Positions 26,525 to 35,503 of a stretch of DNA of 39,314 bases are shown here, one piece after another (position 1 is the first letter of the stretch; each line of letters begins with the position of its first letter). Both the position numbers and the translations under genes were made by a program. The notes beneath the pieces were generated by a model. It saw only the letters and a list, made by a program, of their open reading frames with translations, ran no database searches and was not told where the DNA came from. The DNA is from a virus (Duplodnaviria > Caudoviricetes), in IMG/VR virus record IMGVR_UViG_3300035670_000569, positions 1 to 39,314 of that record; one strand, written 5' to 3'.

Positions 26525-28312
26525 ATGGCTTTAGGTGTTCCGTTCGGTTGGCAGGTAGAAAGCGCGTCTGGTGTTCCTGTCAGCGGCGCCAAGATTGCTT
26601 TCAAGAAAGCAGGCACGGCCACGAACCGCAGTCCGTTCACGGACAAGAACCTGACGGTTCCGGCATCCAATCCCGTCATTGCGGATGCGGCTGGCTGGTT
26701 TAATGTATATCTCGATCCGTCACTTGACTATGACATCACGGTCAAGTCCGCCGACGAAAGCATCACCTATCAAAGCCTGACCTATTCAGGGCCGGGCGGC
26801 GATAGTGTGTCAGCAGGCCGCTACGCCGCAGCAGAATACGACATTGTCGCAGACGGCACAACCGAAACCCACGTAGAACTTCAAGCTGCAATTGATGCGA
26901 TCTGGGAAACGGGCGGCGGTATACTTGAGCTTCCCGAAGGCATCATGGTGCTGGGTGCTGCGGTCTATGTCTGGCAGAACGTGTTTCTTGAGGGCGTCGG
27001 GGCCGGGTATAACAACCTTTATTCGTCCACGGATTTCGCTGTGTACGGCTCGGCCTTCAAGGCAAAGGCTGGGCTAAATGCGGACATGCTCACGTTTCGA
27101 TACCGGGCGCGCTCCGGTGAATCGACCCCGGCTGCACCCGATGATGTGCGTCATCAAGGCGGTATGTCAAAGGTCATTGTCTGGGGCAACAGGTCAAGCG
27201 ACCAAAGCCCACTTGTGCGGGACACGAACACGTCTGGGCATGGCATTGTCATTGAGGGTTGCTCCAACGTTGAACTAGATGAAGTGATTGCGGTGCGCTG
27301 CGCCGAAGACGGCGTGGTAGTCAGGTCGTATGATTACGGCGCAGGCGCAATCAGCCCGAACAATATGGTCTGGGGCGATGTCCGCGCTCTGGGCAATTAC
27401 GATGAAGGCTTTGTTCTCGCGGGCGGCGATCAGCAGTTCGGCACGCTGACGGCGGGTTACAATGGCGGGGATGGCATCCAGTCAAGCTGCGCCAACACGT
27501 CTCTCAGCCGGTGCTTTGCATGGAACAACCGGGGGGCGGGCGTTCGCCAGCAGGGCGGGAATTATTCGACCTATAACCAGGTCCACGCTTACGACAACTA
27601 CCTGTCCGGGTTCATCAACTCGTCGTCTGAAGGCACGGTCATCAATTCGTTCATGTTCCTGCGCAATGGCTGGGACACTGGACAGACGGCGGCGAACCGT
27701 GCGGGTATCCTGCTTGGATCGGGCTCGCTTAATGTCGTCATCGGCAATGGCGTGTCAGGGGATGACGGCCTGTATGGTGGGCCTTACCAGCAATACGGCC
27801 TCAGCTCGTCCGATGCGGCAAACACGCTGACCCTTGGCGGCATCCGCTATGATGGCAACGTCACCGGCACCACAACGGGCCTGACGGCTGCGAACGTCCG
27901 CCTGCACGCAGACACGTCCACGAACCGTTACCTGCACCCCGGCTTCGTTGCCGAGGGCGCCATCGATATGGACGGCAAGAACGTCTTTGACATCCTCTGG
28001 CTTGGTTCCGGCGCCGATACGGCAGCAACATTCAGCACGGGCGTTCTGACGGTCCCTTCAACGACATGCAGTTATAATACGACCGCAGACAACACGGCGA
28101 CCGACATCACCCCGGCTGTAACCGCCCCGGAATATGCGTGGCTCCTGCTTCGCAACGGCACGGCAGCCAACACGCTGACCCTCACGCACAATACGGCGAA
28201 GATCAGGTGCCCGAATGCGTCTAACGTTTCGATTGGACCTTACGAAGCCGTGATCCTGCGCGCGGTGAACTCTACCAACACAATCTGGCAAGTCTACGCG
28301 GCAGCGGTTTAG
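26525..28312 (+). CDS. Tailspike with virion-attachment N-terminus and right-handed beta-helix
   Basis: FTDKNLT...NPVIADAAG; ADGTTE...LQAAID...GGILELPEG; repeated N-x-G-x-G rungs. Confidence 0.85.
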   Translation: MALGVPFGWQVESASGVPVSGAKIAFKKAGTATNRSPFTDKNLTVPASNPVIADAAGWFNVYLDPSLDYDITVKSADESITYQSLTYSGPGGDSVSAGRYAAAEYDIVADGTTETHVELQAAIDAIWETGGGILELPEGIMVLGAAVYVWQNVFLEGVGAGYNNLYSSTDFAVYGSAFKAKAGLNADMLTFRYRARSGESTPAAPDDVRHQGGMSKVIVWGNRSSDQSPLVRDTNTSGHGIVIEGCSNVELDEVIAVRCAEDGVVVRSYDYGAGAISPNNMVWGDVRALGNYDEGFVLAGGDQQFGTLTAGYNGGDGIQSSCANTSLSRCFAWNNRGAGVRQQGGNYSTYNQVHAYDNYLSGFINSSSEGTVINSFMFLRNGWDTGQTAANRAGILLGSGSLNVVIGNGVSGDDGLYGGPYQQYGLSSSDAANTLTLGGIRYDGNVTGTTTGLTAANVRLHADTSTNRYLHPGFVAEGAIDMDGKNVFDILWLGSGADTAATFSTGVLTVPSTTCSYNTTADNTATDITPAVTAPEYAWLLLRNGTAANTLTLTHNTAKIRCPNASNVSIGPYEAVILRAVNSTNTIWQVYAAAV

Positions 28313-28321
28313 GAGGCTGAC

Positions 28322-28864
28322 ATGCAAAGGGAAGTTATCTGCCAAGGCCGCCCGGCTGTCCTGACATGGGTTCGGGCTACACCGTTCGGTGAGCAGGAAA
28401 TGCGGATCGACTGGCCGGATGGTACGCACAGGGACGATCTTCTGACAAAGCCGCAAGGCGTGCCGGATGAAGAATGGTTCCGGTCGATTGTTGCCGATGA
28501 CATGCCTGCGCTCACAGCCTGCGACGGCCAGACCGAAAAGCGCTACCGTGTACGGATTGCAGAACTGGAGGCCCGCGTGACGAAACTGGAAGCCCTTTTG
28601 CTTGCGCCGCCGGAGCAGATAAAAATCCCTGATTTTCTGATCGGGCCAGATGAAGTCCCGTCAGAGCTTTCTGACCTGATCGAATACGCTGACACGCCCG
28701 CCGAGACTAACGAAAAGCTGCTCGTCCGCCTGCGTGAAGTGCTGGGCCTGATTGGCTTGGCAGAAGATGCAGGCGGGCGGGCCGCTCCCGAACTTTACCG
28801 GCGCAAGGACCGGCTAGAGAGCGGGATACGGTGGAACCGTGGCCGCATGGCCGAAACGATCTGA
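28322..28864 (+). CDS. Hypothetical protein after the tailspike
   Basis: RBS AGGAGG; short coiled coil RIAELEARVTKLE. Confidence 0.65.
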   Translation: MQREVICQGRPAVLTWVRATPFGEQEMRIDWPDGTHRDDLLTKPQGVPDEEWFRSIVADDMPALTACDGQTEKRYRVRIAELEARVTKLEALLLAPPEQIKIPDFLIGPDEVPSELSDLIEYADTPAETNEKLLVRLREVLGLIGLAEDAGGRAAPELYRRKDRLESGIRWNRGRMAETI

Positions 28865-28883
28865 CTAAAGACTGGGGCTGGGA

Positions 28884-29237
28884 ATGGCAGATGATTATCA
28901 CCGCGTCTTCATGCGGATTGATGGCGAGGAGAAACCCGTCATGGTGTCCACAACGGACTTGAAGATTGGCCTTCAGTCTATGTGGCTGTCCGATATGGAT
29001 AAAGGCTGGACCCTTCTCGAAAGCCGTTTGCCTGACGTGATGACTAAGGCAATGAAGGCCTACGAGGCCGAAAAAGAAGAAGCAGAACGCAAGTTGAAAG
29101 AAAAGCTGGGCGTGACGACTGCAAACCCACTGAAAGCCTTCATCGGGCGCAATTGGGGATGGGTCGCCGCCATAGTCATTCTCGTGATTGTCTTACGGCC
29201 TGAGCTGGCCGGGCACGCGATCTCTTTCCTGTTCTAG
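28884..29237 (+). CDS. C-terminally anchored membrane protein (holin candidate)
   Basis: One hydrophobic segment WGWVAAIVILVIVL; near the endolysin. Confidence 0.55.
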   Translation: MADDYHRVFMRIDGEEKPVMVSTTDLKIGLQSMWLSDMDKGWTLLESRLPDVMTKAMKAYEAEKEEAERKLKEKLGVTTANPLKAFIGRNWGWVAAIVILVIVLRPELAGHAISFLF

Positions 29238-29246
29238 GGGCTGACA

Positions 29247-30626
29247 ATGACAAAGCAAGACTTCACCGGCGCCCTGTTATGGGTGCGGGACCAGTTACCC
29301 GCGCGCATCGCTACGTTCTGGATGATCGCCGCATTCTACGCGCTGGGGTTCGGCCTTGTGCTGGCATTCCTCCAGATTGACGCAGAGTTCTCCAGGCCCC
29401 TTGCGGGCGGTGTGGTGCCACCGGAAGTCACGCAGCACCTTGCATGGGCTGTACGGGCGTTCTCCGTCATCGTGGGCATGGCGGCGATGTATTGCCACGT
29501 CAACGAGATGACACGGTTCCGCAATTTGCTCGCATGGATGGGCGGGATTGCAGCGGTGCTGCTGTTCCTCCACGCGCTCGGGATTTCCGCCAAGATCATG
29601 GAAGGCCAGTATGGGCGGGCCGCTGCGATTGGGCAGATTGAAACCGCAACGACGGACACGAGCGCTACGCAGGTTGCCATCCTGCAAGCCCAAATCGAGG
29701 GTATCCGCGCTGACCGTGACGGGCAGGTCACCCGCCTGCAAAATAGCATCAACGGTATCGTCAATGACGGGCTGAACAATGACCATCTGGCTGATGCGTA
29801 CCGCGCTGACCAGATCGCCGCCGAGAACGATGCCCGCGAGCGTATCAGGCCACTCGAAGACCAGATCACGGCACTGACAACCGCTGCCGGTGCAACCGTG
29901 GTTGAAGCGACCGAGGCAAAAACCAAGGTCGATAGCTTCAACCCGCTGTTTACGTTCATGGCCCGCGTTGCAAGCTGGACCTGGAACCCCGCCGTGATGC
30001 CGTCCGAGACGCTACAGTTCGGCATGGGCTTCGGGTTCCTGACGCTGTTCTTCGGGTTTGGCGAAGTGCTCATGATGGCGTGTTTCACGATTGCCTACGG
30101 GATGCAGATTGTGGTGGCGCGGCGCCGGGAGACGGCTGTCCAGCCGCTTGATGAAACCGCAGGCCCGGCCCCCGAGGGCTTCACCGACATGCGGTTCACC
30201 AATGAGGAATGGGCCGAGTACCAGCGCGCGATGGAAGTGCATCGCAACATCCAGACCGGCGCAAAGAAGGGCGCCCGGACAAGGCGGCAGGGCAACAAGA
30301 TCGAAGCCGGGGACGAATACTACCGGGACAAAATCGCGGGCTGGATGGTCGCCCACAATCAAGGCGTTCCGACTGTCACGATTGCGAACGGCTCGGGGCT
30401 GACGGTTGCCCAGATGCGGATGACATACGGGCCGCACATGACCCCCGAGGAACATGACGCGCTGTTCTTCACGAGTGAGGCGCCCGCGCCAGAGCCGGAA
30501 CCGGAGCCAGAACCAGAAACTCCGGCTACGGATGAACTGGACATTCCGCCTGAACCACTTGAGTATCCTGTGGCGCCCTACGAGCCGCCTGCAAACGACA
30601 AACCAGACGACAAGGAAGCTGCGTGA
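29247..30626 (+). CDS. Multi-pass membrane protein with coiled coil and P/E-rich tail
   Basis: About 3 N-terminal TM segments, heptad region, one further TM, then PEPEPEPE. Confidence 0.7.
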   Translation: MTKQDFTGALLWVRDQLPARIATFWMIAAFYALGFGLVLAFLQIDAEFSRPLAGGVVPPEVTQHLAWAVRAFSVIVGMAAMYCHVNEMTRFRNLLAWMGGIAAVLLFLHALGISAKIMEGQYGRAAAIGQIETATTDTSATQVAILQAQIEGIRADRDGQVTRLQNSINGIVNDGLNNDHLADAYRADQIAAENDARERIRPLEDQITALTTAAGATVVEATEAKTKVDSFNPLFTFMARVASWTWNPAVMPSETLQFGMGFGFLTLFFGFGEVLMMACFTIAYGMQIVVARRRETAVQPLDETAGPAPEGFTDMRFTNEEWAEYQRAMEVHRNIQTGAKKGARTRRQGNKIEAGDEYYRDKIAGWMVAHNQGVPTVTIANGSGLTVAQMRMTYGPHMTPEEHDALFFTSEAPAPEPEPEPEPETPATDELDIPPEPLEYPVAPYEPPANDKPDDKEAA

Positions 30627-31678
30627 TGGCCAAGACATTCAAGACTGATGCAGCAGGCAAAGCGCTCATCAAAGAGTTCGAGAAGTGCGAGCTGGAAACC
30701 TACTTCGACGCCACGTCTGGCAACCCCGTCATTGGATGGGGTCAGGAAAACTGGCTGTTCCCGAACACGCCCGGCGCGATCCGCGTTGTTCCCGGTCTGA
30801 AGATCACTCAGCAGCAGGCGGATGATGCGTTCGAGTTCTTCATCCACAACGTCACAGACCCGCTTGTCTGGAAGCACTTCAATTGCGAGACGCAAAGCGA
30901 ACACAACGCTTGTGCAGCATGGGTGTACAACATCAGGACTTCCAAACTGGAGCGCGGCGAATACAGCCTGCCCGGCATCTTCAACAAGCGGCCCCGCGAT
31001 CCGCAGGAAATCGTTGACTGGTGGATTAAGTACCGCAACCCGAAAACCAACACGGAGCAGGGCCTTTATCGCAGGCGCCTTGCCGAGCTGTCCCACATGG
31101 ACAGCGCGCCGCACAAGTTTGCGTGGATGGCCAAGCTGCGCCGTGCTGGCGAGCCCGGTAACAGGTTTGGCGGTCCTATCGTGGAAATGACTGACGCCAA
31201 CTACATCCTTGACCTCGCCCGCGCTGCCAAACCCATCGCCAGCCTTCCCGATCCGCCAAAGCCTGCGAAGCCGGTTGTCCCGGTCAAGGTCGAACCGTTG
31301 CCAGAGGTAAAACCCGAGCCCCAGGTTGGCACAAAACCCATCAGCCCCAAAACCGTCAAGCCCGAGGACGTGCCCTATAAGATCGACCCGAACGCTGGCC
31401 TTAAGCCGCTGGAAGAAAGCGAGCGCGCCATTGGGTACTTCTGGCAGAACCTCGCCCGCCTGTTCCTTCGCCTGACCGGCCTTGGCACGTTCGGCACGGC
31501 TGCGGCAGGTGTTGCCAATGTTGTCCAGTCCGATGCGGTGCTCGGCTCGGCTTTGCTGGACCTGACCATTCCGTTGCTGGTGTTTCTCACCGGCATCGTG
31601 ATTGCGTTCGTGGCCAAGCAATACGGCGACTGGAGACGCAAGCGGGGCGAGGAATCGGCATCGCAGGGGATGTACTGA
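30626..31678 (+). CDS. Endolysin, GH24 lysozyme with Pro-rich linker and C-terminal hydrophobic helices
   Basis: LIKEFEKCELETYFD...IGWG, ITQQQAD, GLYRRRLAE. Confidence 0.85.
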   Translation: MAKTFKTDAAGKALIKEFEKCELETYFDATSGNPVIGWGQENWLFPNTPGAIRVVPGLKITQQQADDAFEFFIHNVTDPLVWKHFNCETQSEHNACAAWVYNIRTSKLERGEYSLPGIFNKRPRDPQEIVDWWIKYRNPKTNTEQGLYRRRLAELSHMDSAPHKFAWMAKLRRAGEPGNRFGGPIVEMTDANYILDLARAAKPIASLPDPPKPAKPVVPVKVEPLPEVKPEPQVGTKPISPKTVKPEDVPYKIDPNAGLKPLEESERAIGYFWQNLARLFLRLTGLGTFGTAAAGVANVVQSDAVLGSALLDLTIPLLVFLTGIVIAFVAKQYGDWRRKRGEESASQGMY

Positions 31679-31995
31679 TGCCGTTCATGTTCGCCTTTTT
31701 CGATTTCGCAGAACGCGCTGGCAAAGCCATCTGGGCCAATCCGGTTACACGCTGGATTGCCATCATACTGACCGGCGCTTTCATTCATCGCATTTGGCTT
31801 GCCATGCGTGACCGGAAATTCAAACGCGAGGCGCGCATTGAAGTGCGCGAGGAAATCACCCAGCAAATCGAGGAACAGACCAATGAACGTGTGGAAGACG
31901 CCCGCGAGGCTGCTAAGTCTACTGACGATCTTAACGCTGAGCAGTTGCGCCAGCTCCGCGCCCGCGATCCAAACAACCGAAGCCGCCTGCCGTGA
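31678..31995 (+). CDS. Inner-membrane spanin (Rz-like)
   Basis: N-terminal TM then coiled coil; follows the endolysin. Confidence 0.7.
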   Translation: MPFMFAFFDFAERAGKAIWANPVTRWIAIILTGAFIHRIWLAMRDRKFKREARIEVREEITQQIEEQTNERVEDAREAAKSTDDLNAEQLRQLRARDPNNRSRLP

Positions 31996-32137
31996 CTGGA
32001 AGCCGATCACGTATTCCTATTGCGTGGCCGATAGCTGCACGGCTGAAGACCCGCTGAACCTTTACGACACAGAGGAAACCGTTCGGCAGATCGAGCGGGT
32101 CAACCTGTATTTCGGTGCCCTATGCCAACAAAAATAA
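31883..32137 (+). CDS. Outer-membrane spanin lipoprotein (Rz1-like)
   Basis: MNVWKTPARLLSLLTILTLSSC lipobox; overlaps the Rz-like gene in another frame; ACRDWKPITYS. Confidence 0.75.
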   Translation: MNVWKTPARLLSLLTILTLSSCASSAPAIQTTEAACRDWKPITYSYCVADSCTAEDPLNLYDTEETVRQIERVNLYFGALCQQK

Positions 32138-32511
32138 CCCGCTCCTCGCGCTACGCACCGAAGCCGCCACACAAGCCGGTCTTCCCCGTCCGAAAGCCTG
32201 CGCTTGTAAAAGCGTCAGACGAAGCCCTAGCGCCGATCAATGCCGGGAAGGTCAAGGCGCACTATGTCGGCAAGGTGGGCTTCCACGGCGTAATCTGGCT
32301 GCAATACGTGGCCTTCGGTGCGCTGCTTCTGACAGCCCTTGTGGCGGGGTTCTATGTTCACCGGACGCTTGCGCTTGCTGAGGTTGGCGCCGTCACATGC
32401 TCGGCTGAAAATAGCTATATGTGGACCATGCCAACGCCGGATAGTGACGTGCCCGTGTTGAATAGTGCAGTAATGAACGCTTGTGCTAAGGCTTACAGGC
32501 CGTTTGAGTAA
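32122..32511 (+). CDS. Hypothetical single-TM protein
   Basis: Basic N-terminus, TM YVAFGALLLTALVAGFYV. Confidence 0.55.
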   Translation: MPTKITRSSRYAPKPPHKPVFPVRKPALVKASDEALAPINAGKVKAHYVGKVGFHGVIWLQYVAFGALLLTALVAGFYVHRTLALAEVGAVTCSAENSYMWTMPTPDSDVPVLNSAVMNACAKAYRPFE

Positions 32512-32514
32512 CCG

Positions 32515-33066
32515 TTACTCATCCCTGCCATGATGCTTTGAAAAACCATTTCTGGCGGCTGCCCTCTGTCTTACGGCTGCCGCTTCTTCTACTGTCGCAA
32601 ACAAACCTAGATAAACTTCTTTCCCATTCACTTTAACGCGAGCCCTCCACATCTTTGTTTGAGAGTGCCAGCCGACTCCAGCAACTCCGCTGATGTTGTC
32701 GCTTCGGCGTTTTGTGTTTTTGCTGTTTTCTTGATGCGACGCCTCCTGCAAGTTGCTAAGTCTCGTGTCGCTTTTGTTTCCCGTGATGTAATCCATCTCA
32801 TCGGCTGGCCATACGCCGTGCACAATAGCCCAAATGATTTTGTGTGCCCTATACGGATGATCCAAAATTGATGAAACTTTGTATCCGTAGGGGTCCGTTC
32901 TTGTGAATGCTTCTCTGTTTGCGTACTTGGTATTCCACGTTTTGCAGTGTCGCTCACTTGAAAACATGCTAACCGGCCTTTCGCGCCAAAACAGCTTTCC
33001 CGTCTCCGGCTCATACCGCAGCAATTGACGCAGCAGTTCGGGCGATGGTATTTCACGATCAGACAT
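32515..33066 (-). CDS. HNH-AP2 endonuclease homologue with substituted active site
   Basis: YEPETGKLFW, RAHKIIW, MDYITGNKSDTRLSNL in place of IDHINGDKRDNRLGNL, AP2-like WRARV...YLGLF; RBS GGAG. Confidence 0.85.
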   Translation of the reverse strand: MSDREIPSPELLRQLLRYEPETGKLFWRERPVSMFSSERHCKTWNTKYANREAFTRTDPYGYKVSSILDHPYRAHKIIWAIVHGVWPADEMDYITGNKSDTRLSNLQEASHQENSKNTKRRSDNISGVAGVGWHSQTKMWRARVKVNGKEVYLGLFATVEEAAAVRQRAAARNGFSKHHGRDE

Positions 33067-33127
33067 TGGCGGCTCCATCCGTCGGTGTGGGCGGGTAAGC
33101 GTTGACGCGCTTCCCGCCCTTTTCTTT
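33025..33127 (+). ncRNA. Putative cis-antisense RNA unit over the HNH start codon and RBS
   Basis: TTGACG(33025)-N18-TATTTC inside the HNH 5' end, followed by the terminator at 33089-33127. Confidence 0.45.
33089..33127 (+). terminator. Rho-independent terminator
   Basis: GGGCGGG-T-AAGCG-loop-CGCTT-CCCGCCC then TTTTCTTT. Confidence 0.75.
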
Positions 33128-33135
33128 ACCAGAAC

Positions 33136-33708
33136 CTACACAACCCGCAACCCTGATCGGCTCTCTGCATACTGCTCCCGCCGCTTTGCGTTGATCTGCT
33201 CACGGGCATAAGCGGCAGCTTGGTCAAGCCGTTCCTGCCGTGCGTCAATCAGCTCGCGGATTTCCCGGCTGGCAGCGTAGAGCCCGCCCCTGACCATGAA
33301 CATTGAAAGCTGGAACAATCCCGCCCCAATGGCCAGCATCCAGATAGCAGGCGGTTCCTGACCCATCATCTTAATGATGTAATGCGCCGCATGGACCTGC
33401 AACGCACCGTCAATGATCATCGTCATCAGCACGATGAACATGATGACCGATTGCGCTGTTCCGCCTTCGATAGCCTCCCCGTGTGCCCGTGCAAGGCTAA
33501 TCGGTGTCATGGCCATCAGGAACGCAAACGCCCCTGCCAGGATCGTGAACGTCCAGCGGATTGCCTCAAGGTCGGTTTTGAGATCGATCCAGACGTGATA
33601 GGATAGCGCAACTGTAGAGATCAGGCCAGATACCACAGTTGCAGCGAACGTGACGATGTGGCCTTCCTGGAAGTGATGCACCTTTGCGGGCACCTTGGAT
33701 TTTTGCAT
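33136..33708 (-). CDS. Four-TM membrane protein with C-terminal coiled coil
   Basis: MQKSKVPAK..., RBS AGGAG. Confidence 0.7.
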   Translation of the reverse strand: MQKSKVPAKVHHFQEGHIVTFAATVVSGLISTVALSYHVWIDLKTDLEAIRWTFTILAGAFAFLMAMTPISLARAHGEAIEGGTAQSVIMFIVLMTMIIDGALQVHAAHYIIKMMGQEPPAIWMLAIGAGLFQLSMFMVRGGLYAASREIRELIDARQERLDQAAAYAREQINAKRREQYAESRSGLRVV

Positions 33709-33754
33709 GTGTCTCTCCTGTAAGCAAAGGAAAGGCGTCCTGCCGTATTTTTGA

Positions 33755-33767
33755 CGCACGTCTTGCG
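33755..33767. promoter_or_regulatory. Operator-like dyad CGCACGTCTTGCG
   Basis: Identical copy at 36527-36539; both lie upstream of leftward genes. Confidence 0.55.
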
Positions 33768-33808
33768 CATCATGGCTGAGTGGATGCCGCCAGCCCCGGC
33801 TGAAGCTG

Positions 33809-33850
33809 AAAGCCCGCTGCATTGGCCATAGGGCCGCGTAGCGGGCTTTT
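33809..33850. terminator. Probable bidirectional terminator
   Basis: AAAGCCCGCTGC...GTAGCGGGCTTTT next to the stop at 33852. Confidence 0.65.
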
Positions 33851-33851
33851 G

Positions 33852-34010
33852 CTATTTGAGGCGGTCTTGCAGGACGCGAAGCACGCGAAGGGCAAGCCAT
33901 CGACGGTCTGGGCATTCACAAGCCGCAATTTCCTTGCAAGCCTGTTTGACGGCAGTGGCGTACTGGTTGCGCTCGCGGCGTTTGATTTGGGTGGTGAGGT
34001 CATATGTCAT
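33852..34010 (-). CDS. Hypothetical 52-aa protein (MTYDLTTQIKRRERN...)
   Basis: Translated by hand; RBS AGGAG; terminator immediately after the stop. Confidence 0.6.
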   Translation of the reverse strand: MTYDLTTQIKRRERNQYATAVKQACKEIAACECPDRRWLALRVLRVLQDRLK

Positions 34011-34053
34011 GCCGTTCTCCTGTCGTTGGCAGGATCAGAATGGCACAGGATGG

Positions 34054-34377
34054 TTAAGGCTTCCCCAACACGTCAGGCGCGCTATCAAGAGCAGTTTGCA
34101 CTTCCCCAGAAGCAAACTGCGTAAACCGAATGTGCCAGTTTGATACGTCGTCTGGAACGATTTTCAGACCCTCTGCATCCATCCACTGGCGCAGGGCGAG
34201 GATGGCGGCGTGTGCGAGGTCCAGCGTGTGCTGAACGGTTGGCGCGTAGTCAGCCTCGATTTCCTTCAGGCGTTCCCATGTGAGCCGCTTGAACGGATCG
34301 ACATCGGACTCAATGTCCTCAAGGTATCCTTGCTTATCCCAAATCGCCTTGGCGACATTCTCCCTCAACCCGCTCAT
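34054..34377 (-). CDS. Hypothetical early protein
   Basis: ATGA-coupled member of the leftward operon. Confidence 0.65.
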   Translation of the reverse strand: MSGLRENVAKAIWDKQGYLEDIESDVDPFKRLTWERLKEIEADYAPTVQHTLDLAHAAILALRQWMDAEGLKIVPDDVSNWHIRFTQFASGEVQTALDSAPDVLGKP

Positions 34378-34685
34378 CCCTGCTGCTCCTTCGCGCGGGA
34401 GAGGAGGGTGGAGAGAACTTCACAATAGATGGCGCGCATAATCTGCGTTACTTCATTGCCGGGGCCACCACTGTCGCAAAAGTGTCCGGCGCGAGCCATT
34501 CGGTAAACGTCAGCATCGCTCGCATGTTCTTTAGCGATAACACTAAGGTAAGTGAGAATAGCGGCTTTGGCCAATTTTAGAGCCGAGCTTTCAGGAAAAA
34601 TAGACGCACCAATAAGCGTTTCTCCTTCGCGGGTAACAAGCATTGCCTCCGCCGCCGCTTCAATCGCGCTCTGTTTCGTGCTCAT
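34374..34685 (-). CDS. Hypothetical early protein
   Basis: ATGA-coupled; IEAAAEAM...LAKAAI. Confidence 0.65.
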   Translation of the reverse strand: MSTKQSAIEAAAEAMLVTREGETLIGASIFPESSALKLAKAAILTYLSVIAKEHASDADVYRMARAGHFCDSGGPGNEVTQIMRAIYCEVLSTLLSRAKEQQG

Positions 34686-35503
34686 GTGGCATCCTTTGCG
34701 AGAGCTGCGGCGAGGCGGTCAAGGTCGCGTCGTGTGTCGGCAAGCCAGCCCGTTTTCGGAACTTCGGGCATACCGTGGTGATGCAAGGCGCAGGCTTCGC
34801 TATTCTGCTGAAGCAAGGCCATGCTTGTCCGCGCTGCTGCCGCCGCGTCCCTCACATCCGCCAGCTCCGCCTTCGCAGCGTGAAGTTTTGCCGCGTTGTT
34901 GACAGCGATTTCTGTCATCTCTCCGCGCTTCGCCCGTTCTTCCGCCAGCTCCGCACGGGCGGCGTCTAGGAGGCGGAGGAGGGTGCCAACATGGTCGTGA
35001 CCTTCGCCTGCATAGCCGTAACGGAACGGCTCCGGGTTATTATGCCAGCGCCGTATCGCTTCCACCTCGTCAGCAGACGGAACGTCCGGGGCGGGGAGGG
35101 AGAGGGCGGCAGACACAGGAAGCGCCCGCAGGCAATCATGCACCGCCTCGTGAAGAACGCCGCCGTCCTGAATGCCCTTCATTGCCAGCGCTGGATCGTC
35201 CATGCTGGCAATGCCAAACATCTGCGCGTGGAGGCCGTTCAGGCGAGACGCCAGAGCGCGCCAGTCGGTTGGCGCATCAGCTTGCGATGGTGCCGACAGC
35301 AAAGCCTCGACAGCCTTCTCTACGGCCTCAAGACACTGAGCGACCGATTCCCGCCCGCTTTCCATCGGGCCATATGCTCCGTGGTCACGGATGTTCCATG
35401 CAATCATTCCGAGGAGACCCATCGGTTTTCCGTTGATGCGGTAGCAGCCGAGAATGTCGGCCTTCTGCAACGCCTCGCGCACCTGGTTGATCGTGTCTGT
35501 CAT
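34682..35503 (-). CDS. Mosaic hypothetical early protein
   Basis: ATGA-coupled; coiled-coil C-terminus. Confidence 0.65.
   Translation of the reverse strand: MTDTINQVREALQKADILGCYRINGKPMGLLGMIAWNIRDHGAYGPMESGRESVAQCLEAVEKAVEALLSAPSQADAPTDWRALASRLNGLHAQMFGIASMDDPALAMKGIQDGGVLHEAVHDCLRALPVSAALSLPAPDVPSADEVEAIRRWHNNPEPFRYGYAGEGHDHVGTLLRLLDAARAELAEERAKRGEMTEIAVNNAAKLHAAKAELADVRDAAAAARTSMALLQQNSEACALHHHGMPEVPKTGWLADTRRDLDRLAAALAKDAT

Noticed and set aside
30481-30520. Short tandem repeats CCAGAGCCGGAA
   Set aside because: Encodes the PEPEPE linker; not a DNA-level array.
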